Shown: in pieces, positions 23,390 through 35,224 of the stretch
Numbering within the stretch: position 1 is the stretch's first letter
How the letters are laid out: every line of letters begins with the position of its first letter
NCBI RefSeq assembly: GCF_018350175.1
Contig: NC_058372.1
Location: 620,001 to 684,000 of the forward strand
Length of the DNA: 64,000 nt
Reading direction: 5' to 3'
Source of the DNA: Felis catus
Lineage: Eukaryota
The notes under the pieces: generated by a model
The model's input: only the letters and a program-made list of their open reading frames with translations
Databases searched by the model: none
What the model was told of the DNA's origin: nothing
Position numbers and translations under genes: made by a program

Positions 23390-24400
23390 AAAACAGCCGC
23401 CGCCGCGGCTGCCTCCTCCTCCACGCGCGAGCAGGACCGTAGGCCTCTTTTTTTTTTTTTTAATATATTTTTAAATATATATATTTTTTACATTTTATTT
23501 TATTTTTGATAGAGACAGAGCACAGGTGGGGGAGGGGCAGAGAGAGACGGAGGCACAGAATCCAAAGCAGGCTCCAGGCTCCGAGCTGTCAGCACACAGC
23601 CCCCCGCAGCGCTCAAACTCACAAACCTCCAGATCATGACCTGAGCCGGAAGTCGGACGCTTAACCCACTGAGCCACCGGAGGCGCCCCAGCCCCGCCGC
23701 CTCTTATCCCGCCCGCGGCCGGGGCCCAGCCTGAGCTCCGCTCCTTAGGGCCCCAGCCGGCACCTGGGAGGCCTCGCCGCCAAGGCCGCGGCCGCTCACG
23801 GCCTAATGAGTTGGGCCCTGCGTGTGTGGCCCCGCGCTTCACGCTCCCCGGCGGCAGCCGCGCCGGCTCGACCCCACGCGGGGCCAAGCCTCTCTCGGCG
23901 CCCAGGTTCTGCGCGCTGCAGCCGCAGTGAGCGACTGGCGTCAGTTACCCGCAGCCCCGCGGCGCGCCCCGCCTCCAGAAGACAGGAATTTTGAAGACAC
24001 TTATTACTTACACTCACATTTTATTTCCCTGAGTCACGTGGTCCCGATGTAATTAGAAGGTAGCTATATTTATATCCCTATAAAAGGTCTTCATCTTTTT
24101 TCTGGAAATCACTTGGAAACGATCTGATACTGCTGGCTCTTTTGAGGATTTGTTAGGTGAGACCAGGGCCGATGCGAATGGCTGAGGGTGATTACTGCCC
24201 CGGCTGGGGCTTTGGGGCGCCGACCCCAGTGTCCATGATCCTTACGTTTAAGTCTGGCTGCTGGGAAGTCACAGCGTCCCCAGCCCTTGTGTAAGCTCGG
24301 AGACCGTGTCCTCCACTCCCTCAGCCTGCACAGTTTCCTGCGGGCTCGTGCCGACCGCCGTGCTGCTGGACACTCAGCTGGACACTGGCCCTCTGCAGGA
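23390..24400. promoter_or_regulatory. CpG-island-like segment (retrocopy 5'UTR plus flank)
   Basis: Very dense CpG/GC (e.g. ccccgcggcgcgccccgcctcc, GC boxes) against an AT-rich background. CpGs continue beyond the TSD to about 24400. Confidence 0.7.
23448..23689 (-). mobile_element. Can-SINE inside the ARL2BP retrocopy 5'UTR
   Basis: T tail from 23448, reverse SINE body, head ggcgcccc at 23682-23689. TSD only partial (gcctctt). Confidence 0.92.
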
Positions 24401-24761
24401 TTCAGAGATGATTGTCCTGTTTCACAACGTCGTCTCTCACCCTTTACAGCCTTTACCTTTTAGAGTCTTTCTAGACTCTCAGCTTTGTGTCCTTATTTAT
24501 TCACATCTCTGTTTTCTTCTAGATTTGTACTCTTTGAGAACGGGCCAATGTCTTACTCACTTAAGATTGCCTCTTCTAGTTCAGTGGCTTACATACATGT
24601 GACATCAATAACTATTCACTGAGTAAAGGAATAAACATTTGCAACATAAGTGAAACCTCACTATTGGAACAGTTAATTAAAATGCCACTGCCTTCCTTGT
24701 TTTATAATGTTTACGCATTTTTAATAATCTAATTCTTTTAAGGCAATGGGTGTTCTTTTAT

Positions 24762-25088
24762 TCTTATTCTGTTTGGCTGCTATAACAAAATACGATAGGC
24801 TGTGGCTTATCCAGAACAGAAATCTATTTATCACAGTTCTGGAGTCTGGCAGTTCCAACGTCAAGCAGCCAGGAGACCCTTGTGTGGTGTGGGCCTCCTG
24901 GTTCACAGACAGCCGTGTTCACTGTGCTCTTTGCTCATGGGACGAGGAACCAGGGGGCTCTGAGCCCATCCACAGTCTCCCCCTCTCCACCCAATCAGCT
25001 CCCGAAAGCTCACATACAAATACTAACACATGGAGAATAAGTTCCACGTATGAATTTTGGAAGGACACAAACATTCAGTCTATGGCAG
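24762..25088 (-). mobile_element. MLT1A-like ERVL-MaLR solo LTR
   Basis: ggctgctataacaaaatac...cacagttctggag...acacaaacattcagtctatggca. Confidence 0.8.
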
Positions 25089-25534
25089 GTGGTTAATCCA
25101 AAACAGTAATAAAAATTGTGATCAGAGGGAAACCTTGATTTGTTCCTGACTCTGTTGGGAAGTGTCTAGTTCTCCTTCCGTAAAAACAATAATATGACTT
25201 TGTTTTGTCGTAAATATTTTTACCTATTGAATGTGCTCGCCTGCTGTTCTTTCTATATCACAAAGCATTTTTCTATTTAATGACTTACTGATATTTGCAA
25301 AATTTTACAATATAATATTTAACCAATTCACGAATGTTTCAGTAATACTTTCTTGAATGTTAAAAAGAGTTCTTTTTTAATCTTGATTTTAACCGTGCAC
25401 CAAATTGATTTGCCTGCTTGGCAATACACATACAATAATTCACTTAGTGATGTATATAAATATATAAACTTGTAAAATACCAGGCAGAATTCATGAAGAA
25501 GTATTAATTACATTTGTAAAATTAAATATTCAGT

Positions 25535-25865
25535 TCTTTTTTTAAATTTATTTTTTTTAAATACATCCAAGTTAGCATATGGTGCAACAGTGATTTCAGG
25601 AGTAGATTTCCTAAGCCCCCTTATCCATTTAGCCCATCTCCCCCCACCCCTCCAGTAACCCTCTGTTTGTTCTCTATATTTAAGAGTCCTTTATGTTTTG
25701 CCCCCCCCCGTTTTTATATTATTTTTGCTTCCCTTCCCTTATGTTCATCTGTTTTGTATCTTAAAGTCCTCATATGAGTGAAGTCATATGATATTTGTCT
25801 TTCTCTGACTAATTTCCCTTAGCATAATACTCTCTATTTCCATCCACTTAGTTGCAAATGGCAAG
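25535..25865 (-). mobile_element. Carnivore L1 3' end
   Basis: acatccaagttagcatat...gagtgaagtcatatga; same subfamily as ~18160-18458 and 58752-59299. Confidence 0.88.
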
Positions 25866-26803
25866 TAGCTATTGAATTCTTTTTTTGCTTAAATCTCAGG
25901 GTTTTGCTCTACTATATCTATAATACTGAAGATAAATCAAAATATATCCCTAGGGTTTGGGGACAGCCTCTCACATCAGCACTAAATATTTTTGAAAACC
26001 CATGTTTTTGTTTAAAAATGTATGCAACTTCCACACAATAATATATCCCTGATCACTTCAATACAAAATAGTTGTTTTAATGTTCAGTTATTTTTAAGTC
26101 TATCTAGACCTTTAAACAAAACTAACAAACCCAAGAAGATGTAGCATTTTTGCCTAGTGACTTCAAATACCCTCTGAGAGATATACCGTTTTACTAGAAT
26201 TAATAAACCCATAAACATTTTTTCTTAATACATACCAGGATACATTTTATATTTTAGATAGTATTGATTTGAGGTTCCATGTTAAAATGAATCATGAATT
26301 CGAGAAACACTGCAACCAAAAAGTTTTTTAGTGGTTTAAAGAAACCAAGGAGAAACATTGAGGTAACAGACTGTCTTTCCCTTGTATAACCAGGAGCCTT
26401 TATTTTGCAAAAGCTTTTTCCTCCCTGTTCCACCTTCATCTGACTTACAGCTGGGCCACGGACAGTGATGTGTTCATGGTACATCATTAACAGGAGCAGA
26501 GCCTCACACTGTCCCTTCAGGAAGGGGGTTAGTGCAGTGGGCATTGGGGAGGGAAAAAAGAGCCATATCTTGACCTAATTATGTTAGTGTATTTACTAAA
26601 TGTTTATCATGCAAAAGCATTGTAAAGAAATCTGCAGATATGTAAGGCATTAAAACATGAATATTACAGGGGGGTTTGGGAAGGAGGTCTCCTGACAGGC
26701 AGTGAACACAATAAAGTGTTCAAACAGAAGCCACTGCAGGACACAGCCCTTAGGGTTGTGAATTTTTTTTTAATGAAGTATAATATGCTGAGCTAGAAAT
26801 GTC

Positions 26804-26980
26804 CAGGATTGATGCTGATATGTGGGGAGGGGGAGGGTCCTAGGAAATACCCATGGCAGGATTGATGGTGATATGTGGGGAGGGGAAGGAGGAGGGTCCA
26901 AGGAAATACCCCATGGCAGGATTGATGCTTATATGTGGGAGGGGGAGAGGGAGGAGGGTCCTAGGAAGTACTCCATGGCA
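26804..26980 (+). repeat. Three imperfect G-rich tandem copies (~53-62 bp)
   Basis: caggattgatg..atatgtgggga..ggagggtcc.aggaa..ccatgg repeated three times. Confidence 0.9.
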
Positions 26981-27024
26981 TGTGGTAATCTCCATTTACT
27001 AGAGTATTTTATCTCCGGGGAGAG

Positions 27025-27243
27025 ATTTTTTTTTTTTTTTAATTTTTTTCAACGTTTGGGGACAGAGAGAGACAGAGCATGAACGGGGGAGGGGCAGAGA
27101 GAGAGGGAGACACAGAATCGGAAACAGGCTCCAGGCTCTGAGCCATCAGCCCAGAGCCTGACACGGGGCTCGAACTCACGGACCGCGAGATGGTGACCTG
27201 GCTGAAGTCGGACGCTTAACCGACTGCGCCACCCAGGGGCCCC
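27025..27243 (-). mobile_element. Young felid-type Can-SINE
   Basis: Reverse SINE ending cgactgcgccacccagg. Confidence 0.93.
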
Positions 27244-27422
27244 TGGAAAGGATAATTTTATGCAGAAAGCTCAATAATGTGTATTAAAAGGGAGACAATG
27301 ACATAGAAATTGTATTGATAAGTCAGAATAAGTGCTTAGTCCATGATTTTATAAATCTTCAAATTGAAAATGCACTAGAGCTCTATGAATTTAGAATTAA
27401 AATTTATTATCTAGATTTGCTT

Positions 27423-27622
27423 GGGGCACCTGGGTGGCTCAGTCAGTTAAGCGTCTAACTTTGGCTCAGGTCATGATCTTGAGTTCGAACCCTGTGTCAG
27501 GCTCTGTGCTGACAGCTCAGAGCCTGGAGCCTGCTTCAGATTCTGTGTCTCCCTGTCTCTCTGTCCCTCCCCTGCTCATGCTCTGTCTGTCTTTCTCTCT
27601 CAAAAATAATAAACTTTAAAAA
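27423..27622 (+). mobile_element. Can-SINE
   Basis: SINE with attatctagattt duplicated on both sides. Confidence 0.92.
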
Positions 27623-28833
27623 ATTATCTAGATTTAGTTTATAGGAAACAGAGTTACAATATTAAATATTAAAGTCAATGTCCTGTGAAGAACATAATTT
27701 CACACACCTTTGATTTAAGGCAAATGTTAGCACCCCTTTTTAGTGGCAAAGGAACTGTAGTCAAAGGTGATGAATTTTGTCCCCTAAAGGCACACATGAC
27801 TCCGTTGAGGGGGTATATATACCCATTCATGAAATGTGAGATTTGATTTTCACTTCAGGCAATAGCATTGAGTTTTTGCTGAATTCACTCTATTTTGACT
27901 AAAATGTATGTGTAAAACAATTTATAGCCAGGAGTTATAAAACATTTTTAAAAAAATAAGTCTGATAGATGAACTAAGGCTTTGCATTCAACATCATATT
28001 CCCCTAACTCCCACACTGAAGCAGGACACGTTCACATGGTGAGAGAAGCTACTTTGTCAAACTCTCTAGTCACTAGTACAGTTTCTTGACTTAGAATATT
28101 TCCCACTGTTCACTGTGCTTTGTTTTGTCTCTTGGCCCCGAGTAACTTCTGTTTCATTGACCATGACCTCATTGTTGTTTATCATAACAAAGACTGACTT
28201 GGGTTTCAGGTCAAAATAATGTGTACTTAAATTCACTGACTCTAAATTTTTTCATGGATTTTTCCCTTTGCATATTTCTATTTTAGATGCTTTTGACCTC
28301 AGTGCCTCTTGTGTTCACTTGCTTTTGGGTCCAAGGCCCTCATGGGTGACACAGTTGGTCACCAAATGCCAGAAGATGACTGCATGGTGTCCATATGTGT
28401 TGATTAAAGTCGATTCAAGATGGCAGTGGCATGGTTGTTGTTTTTTTAAATACGTGATTATTTCTAATTTTTTTGGGATTCATTTAGAAATAATGCAGGC
28501 CAAATATATTTTCTATATTTTCTAAATATATTTTTGCCTAGTTATTGCACCAATTTCCCCTCTGAAACTAAGTTAGCCAGTAGTTAGGGTTAACTAGTAG
28601 CCAAGGTTGGGGAGGAAGATGACATGACCTTATGGGATTCGTATTGTAAGACAGGTGTTCTCATAAGTGGAAAACAGCTCTGAGGTCACCCAGACTTGTT
28701 GCTCCTTTCTGGTCCTGCTCCATCTGTGAACTTCATGACACGTGATGCAGCATTGTCTCATAACTTCATGCCCAGAATCTTCCCTGAAAGGCTGACACAT
28801 CCCTCCTTGCTTTGTGGGTCTCCTTTCCAGAGA

Positions 28834-29778
28834 TCATCCTGTCTTGACCCAGAACTCCTTGGTCAGTGCCCTTCCCAGGGCAGCTTTCACGTCCTTGTTC
28901 CTCAGTGTGTAGATAAATGGATTGAGTGTGGGAGTGACAATCCCATAGAAGAGAGCCATGATCTTCCCCCTGTCATGAGAGTAGCTAGAGGGAGGCTGGA
29001 CGTACATACTGATGGCTGTGAAGTAGAAGAGGGACACGACCAGCAGGTGTGAAGCACAGGTATTGAAGGCCTTCCAGCGACTTTCAGCAGAGCGGATCCT
29101 CATTACTGCCCGAGCAATGAGCACATAGGTGCCCAGGATGAGGGTGAGGGGCACCAGAAGCAGCAGCGCCCCCAGCACGTTGAGCTCAGCCTCATTCACA
29201 TGAGTATCAGCACACGCTAGTTTCAAAAGAGCAGGAACTTCACAGAAGAAATGGTCCACCACCCTGTGTCCACACCGTGGGACCACCACGGTGAGGGTGG
29301 ACTGCACAAGGGAGTTGGCAAAGCCACTGATCCAGGTCCCAGTGGCCATGTGGATGCAGCGTCTGTGACTCATGATGATTGGGTAGTGCAGGGGCTTGCA
29401 AACAGCAGTATAGCGATCCAAGGCCATGATGGCTAGAAGTATGCATTCAGTAGAACCCAAGGCCAAGAAAATGTAGAGTTGGGCCACACAGCCACCATAG
29501 CTAATGGTCTTTTCTGGTCCCCTAAGGTTGACTAACATCTGTGGCACGGTGCTGGTAGTGTAGCAGAGGTCCAGTAGAGACAGATTAGAGACAAAAAAGT
29601 ACATGGGACTGTCAAGCTGGGGGTCTAGGCGGGAAACAAGAATAATGGACACGTTCCCAAATAAGGCAAAGATGTAGGCCACCAGAAAGATTACAAAGAG
29701 TGGCGTCTCCAGCCAGGGGCGGTCGGAGAATCCCAGTAAGATGAAGTCATCTCGAGAGCTCTGATTGTTGATCCACAT
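28834..29778 (-). CDS. OR2B4: Olfactory receptor, family 2 (OR2B4 / mouse Olfr124-like), 314 aa, intact
   Basis: Canonical start MWINNQSS (N-glycosylation sequon) at 29778. Motifs LDSPMYFFVSNLS, MALDRY, KAFNTCASHL, PTLNPFIYTLRN. Position next to OR14J1 fits the recalled human and mouse gene order. OR identity is certain; the symbol is less so. Confidence 0.78.
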   Translation of the reverse strand: MWINNQSSRDDFILLGFSDRPWLETPLFVIFLVAYIFALFGNVSIILVSRLDPQLDSPMYFFVSNLSLLDLCYTTSTVPQMLVNLRGPEKTISYGGCVAQLYIFLALGSTECILLAIMALDRYTAVCKPLHYPIIMSHRRCIHMATGTWISGFANSLVQSTLTVVVPRCGHRVVDHFFCEVPALLKLACADTHVNEAELNVLGALLLLVPLTLILGTYVLIARAVMRIRSAESRWKAFNTCASHLLVVSLFYFTAISMYVQPPSSYSHDRGKIMALFYGIVTPTLNPFIYTLRNKDVKAALGRALTKEFWVKTG

Positions 29779-30705
29779 GTTGTCACGGACAGGTGAAATG
29801 CTAGCTGGAACCTCTAAGTGCCCACTGCCAGGCACGGGTGTCAGCGGTAAGAGGGAGCTGCTGAGAAGTAGGGACAAGAGGTGGTGAACTGGGCTTCCCA
29901 TTTCTGCTGTGATCTGCACCTGCACCTTGATTACGGTGACATGTTGAGTCAACATTGCCAATGTACCACTGAAAGATCCTTGAGAGAGGAATAAGGAGAG
30001 CACCAGCAAAATAGGAAGTGTGGCTTCCCTTGTGGGTGCTGTCTGGTTAGCTACTCACCCCTTTCGGGATTTTGTATCTTCCAAAAAGTTTCATAGAACT
30101 TCCATCACCTGTACACGTTATGAATATTTAACGACAACAATGGAGTACAGATTAAAGCAGAGTGGGGAGGAGGTGGAGCTTCCCAAATACAAGTGAAACA
30201 GAGGTCAGCTTGAGGGTCAGCAGGTGATGACCTTCCTTAGACTGACCCGGTCACAATCTTCCTGGGAACTGCCCTGCACAGATTTTACGTTATGGGAGTT
30301 TGCACTTTTAGGACGCTGCTCACCCCTTCCCAGCCTAATTCTCATCCTATTCAGAAAATTTTTAAATAGAGGGAAGAAACAAAAAGTTCAAACAGGATGA
30401 TACACACACAAAACAATCCTCAAAACCTTGCTTGCTGAAAAAATGTTACTTGAAAAATATCTGGATAAATGTGAGGCAAGTTTTACCTCTGAGGGAGGGA
30501 GGCATCCAGAAAGAGGTTCAGATGTTTGGCTCCCTGAGTTTCAGGGCTAAATATGAATTTCTAGCCCTTCAGGATAGCCATTTAAATTTACCCCTCTCCT
30601 CCAACTTTATTCTCCTCTCTCACTCACTGTCACACATTCCTGCCTCCTGGTGCACCTGCACCTTCCCATCCAGATCACACAGCTCTTTATTATGCAACAA
30701 TTGGA

Positions 30706-31043
30706 TGATGTGCATGGAGCTAGAGAGTAGAATGTAAGCAAAATAAGTCACTCAGAGAAAGACAAATACCATATGATTTCACTCATATATGGAATTTAAG
30801 ACACAAAACAAATGAGCAAAAGGAAAAAAAAAGACAAACTAGGAAACAGACTCTTAACTTACAAAGAACAAAGTGAGGGTTGATGGAGGGAGGCGGGTGG
30901 GGGATGGGCTAGATGGATGATGGGCATTAAGGAGGGCACTTGTGAGGAGCACTGGATGTTGTATGTAAATGTTGAGTCACTCTGTTGTAGACCTGAAACT
31001 ATATTACACTGCATGTTAACTATAGCGGAATTAAAAAAAAAAA
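30706..31043 (+). mobile_element. Carnivore L1 3' end
   Basis: gagaaagacaaataccatatgatttcactcata...cctgaaactatattacactg followed by an A tail. Confidence 0.88.
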
Positions 31044-33277
31044 TCCAATGAGTACTTTTTCCGTTCCCTAAAATCCCAAATTCCTTTCAGTTTTGCTCCC
31101 ATTTATGGCAAATTCATGTTGTATTTCTCTCTAGTTATTTATAAAAGGCATTTTCCTTCTTGCTTCAAACCTGACCATTCCATTTTGCAGGAGTGTGACT
31201 TTGGAGATGTCACATCATCTTTTTTTGTGGTTCAATTTCTCAGCTTTAGAATGACCCTAATTTTCTCATAGGACAGAGTGATACAGTGTAAACGGCACAT
31301 GTAACTCCATTCTTTTCATATGTTGATAATTCAGTAGCTATTAATAGTTATTATTTCTTTCCCTACTCATGAATTCCCTAACGTACTGGAATTTTCTTAA
31401 CTTCTGTACACAGAGTAGGTGATATTTGCAATCAATGGGTGATGGGTCAGGAGGACAACTCTGGAACCCCTCTGCTCCTCCTTCTCCTCTTGCCCCCCAC
31501 TGGTGGGATCCGTGTGCCTGCGTGGCTGGGTCCTATGCTGCTGTCACTGGGTTATGAAATCAGACAGAGGGGAGTAACAGAAGGTAACAGAAGGCAGGGA
31601 AATGTGTCTGCTTCAAGCCCAGACCTCAGAATCACTAAATCCAGACCTGACTCCTTCTCACACTCACAGCGTCTGTTTTTTATGGACAGAACCACAATTC
31701 TTTCAGTGCCCAGAGCAGAACCCTTATCTGTGAATTGCAATTGCCTGTGTCCCAGGCTGTCAAGTGGGACCAGTTCTTCCTTCACACTGTCACATCGATC
31801 CATGAAATCTGTATCTACTCAAACATATCTCAGCAGACACAGAATATAGTTCCATGTTCCATAGTCTCTAGCTGTCCAGCTGGTCTCCCCACTCACAAGT
31901 TCTCATCTTCATAGAGATCCAGCATGTTTGGAGAAGTCTTTCCTTAGTTCAGACCTGACCATGCACAGCTCAGAATTCTTCAGTGAATCTCCACACACTA
32001 TATCACAACACAGCCTTAGACTCGAGGGCTCCAGCCATCCGGACGTACCCACAATCCAGCCCACTTCTCCTTCCCACTTTGTGGGAACACCCACTGCTTT
32101 CTGTCCTGTGAGCATCATTTCAGGTTAAAAAGGTTCCTAAGTATGCCCCACCCTCTTTACTGACCCTCCAGAACAGTGTATTTGTAATTCTCCTGTGACA
32201 CACAATACATTTTATTTTATGTGCATATACCTATATATATGGGTGTGTATATACTTATATCCTTGTTTTAGTACCTGGCCCCTTTTCTAACTGGACTTAA
32301 TACATACTCTCTAAGAGTAAGGGTGTGACTTCTAGACGCAAGTTGAGACGATGGGTATTTCCCACCTTTTAATTAATTGGAATTCAGTTAAAGCCTGAAG
32401 CTCTGAAATGCTTCCCTCTGGGGTTGTGGTGGGTTAGATCACTCCAGCATCTTGACGTTATGATTTCCTTTCACTCATGGCCTCAGTGGGTCTCGCTGAT
32501 ATTTCGTGACCGCAGAACTAGATACACCAGCTGCTTCTCTACTCCCTGACCAAGAAGCCAGGGCAGAGTGAAATATGCCCACATTACTCGTAATGCAAAC
32601 ATTGTGTTTTATTGCCATATTTTGGTGTTCGTTTCTCCTGTGATTCACTTCAGATATTTCTTCTTAATGTGATGTCTACGAATCGTCCCTACGGCCTGAT
32701 GCCATGCCTGGATGCCATGTACTGGATTCCCTTGTTCTAAACAGTCTTGGATTTGTTTGAATGGTGGGCCTTTCAGATCTCAGTTGGTTCCCACACGAAG
32801 TCAGTACCTTATTATCTACAAACTTTGTAATGTAAATCACAATTTCAGTCTAGAGGAGTGGGGAAAAGGCACATCTTATGATATTTACATGAAAATACAA
32901 GGTCCCAAAGGTAAACAACACTAATAGGAAACAATTGCATTTCTCCATAGCTTTCCTTATAACAGAATAATGTATAACAAGGATCTGCAAATACCAGAAT
33001 GTTCGTATCTAACTTTCCATAATATATAAATGTATATAAGTTTTGTGTATGTATATATAATCGATTTTGTGCATATAATAAGCCCTCCTCACATGTATGT
33101 TTCATTTATTCTCATAATAATCCCCTAAAGTAAGAATACTTTTTTAAATGATAGAACAGAGAAAACTCAGGCACCAAGAGGCTACAGGACTTGCCCAAGC
33201 ACATAAATCTGGTAAATTTCGAAGCAAAGATTTGAATAATATATGATTTGAATCCTACATCAGTACCCTTTTCTTTC

Positions 33278-33490
33278 TTCTTTTTTTTAATGTTTATTCA
33301 TTTTTGAGAGAGAGAGAGAGCAGGAGTGGGGGAGGGCAGAGAGAGAGAGAGGGAGACACAGAATCTGAAACAGGCTCCAGGCTCTGAGCTGTCAGCACAC
33401 AGCCCCACACGGGGCTCGAACTCATGAACTGCGAGATCATGACCTGAGCCGAAGTCGGAGGCTCAAGCGACTCAGCCACCCAGGCACCCC
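33278..33490 (-). mobile_element. Can-SINE (adjacent to a MIR at ~33100-33270)
   Basis: Reverse SINE ending gccacccaggcacccc. Confidence 0.92.
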
Positions 33491-34742
33491 AATACACTTT
33501 TCTTAATTCCATTGTTTTCGCAAAAAAAATGTCAGTGGCTGTGAAATCAATATTTTTTAATTATTTTTTTTTTCTACTCTACAGTTCTATTCCTGAATGC
33601 TTCCTTCCCCAACTGTATGGAGCAGCAAAGCAAGGTTCCCTCTGATTTTGACTCTCCCCAAACCATTGCGTTGTTGACCTGGTGCTGGGCTGTAAAATCT
33701 ATCAGGTTGTTTGCTTGGGACAGAGAGGGGCTGTTGGGGAAGACTGACCTCAGGCTCAGACGTGACTCACAGACCCTGGTCTGCTGTCTGGATTTCCTTT
33801 GGGCTCTGTGCAGCGTCAACCCCGCTCCCCTCACCTACTGAAGGGTCAAGGCACCGGCTCCCAGTTATGGCCATCCCCAGGCCCCGCAGCCCCCCGCAGC
33901 GCTTTCCCCTGAGTCTGCATGCTGTGATTCCATGTAAGCCTCTGAGACTCAGCATAATTAACGTCTGCCACCAACATGCCCGGGACAGAAGAGCCAGAGG
34001 GACCAGCAAGTGAGACAACCTCAGAAGCAACCAAGATAAAGTTTCCGACCAAGTACAAACTTTGGGCAAGTTCAGAAAGTCACCTCAGAGGAAATTAAAT
34101 CCATTCCAATAAGACCTGGTCTTAGTGGTTGTTCAGATGATTTTTATAATATCGATTATGAATTAGGTAAAATTACTCCTTACATATGCTCACTATTCTG
34201 AGAAAAATAAGAACTTCATTCAGTCACAAAATTCATCTTTCTAAAATGATTTTTACATGTTTCTCTCCCATAATGGCTCTTCATTCTAACTCATATTTAT
34301 CATTCAAGGTATTTAATAAACATAAGATATTTATTGATTCATTTGGTAATCATGGCCACTGTATAAATTAGGGAAGCACATTTGAACTATTCTTATTTAG
34401 CTGATGGCAGTCCCCAAACTCAGAAAAATCAAAGAACGTGCCCAAGATCATAGCCACGTAGACAGGGAGCAAGACAAATGCTCCCAAATTTGATCTAGAT
34501 TTTCTTCCTCCAAGCTACTGAGCATTGGCAATCTATACTCCTCAGGGCGAGCCACCAAAATGAACATTCAGCATAGATTTTTGCTCCTATCTCCTTTACA
34601 TTAGCCTTTATTTCTCCTTCTATCACACCTTTGGGGCAGCAGAAGGCACAATGGGAGTGAAACGATGTGATTGTCCACACAGGACACCTGTCAGCCTCTA
34701 TCTTCTGTATCCTGTCACGAGCCGCCTGCTGGGCACATTTCT

Positions 34743-35224
34743 TTATTTCTTTATTTAATATAATTTATTGCCAAGTGGCTTCCATACAACACCCAGTGCT
34801 CATCCCAATAGGTGCCCTCCTCAATGCCCATCACCCACTTTCCCTTCTCCCCCACCCTCCCATTAACCCTCAGTATGTTCTCTGTATTTAAGAGTCTCTT
34901 ATGGTTTGCCTCCCTCTCTGTTTGAAACTATTTTTTCCCCTTCCCCTCCCCCACGGTCTTCTGTTAAGTTTCTCAACTTCCACATATGAGTGAAAACATA
35001 TGATATCTGTCCTTCTCTGACTGACTTATTTCACTCACTCAGCATAATACTTTCCAGTTCCATCCACATTGCTGAAAATGGCAGGACTTCATTCTTTCTC
35101 ATTGCCAAGTAGTATTCCATTGTATATATAAATCACATCTTCTTTATCCATTCGTCAGTTGATGATGGACATTCAGGCTCTTTCCATAATTTGGCTATTG
35201 TTGAAAGTGCTGCTATAAACATTA
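34743..35224 (-). mobile_element. 5'-truncated L1 3' end
   Basis: TSD gggcacatttct (34731-34742 / 35225-35236). Confidence 0.92.

Larger units (their letters stand above)
21348..23978 (-). pseudogene. ARL2BP: Processed (retrotransposed) copy of ARL2BP (ARL2-binding protein / BART), apparently full-length mRNA with UTRs
   Basis: Intronless frame 22906-23424 encodes ESFALSFSSASDAEFDAVVGYLEDIIMDDEF...PASQNDLRH, i.e. ARL2BP. The initiator MDA is replaced by AVF. GC-rich 5'UTR extends to 23978, poly(A) remnant at 21348-21356, flanking TSD aagacagga at 21339 and 23979. Interrupted by an LTR and a SINE. Confidence 0.95.

Noticed and set aside
23495-24052. Arg/Pro/Gly/Ala-rich ORFs over the CpG island
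   Set aside because: Expected from stop-poor GC-rich UTR and SINE sequence.
29779-30009. 391-aa OR as given by the ORF track
   Set aside because: It starts at a non-ATG codon inside a predicted intron. The canonical Met is at 29778; the possible ATG-29955 extension is listed as a finding.
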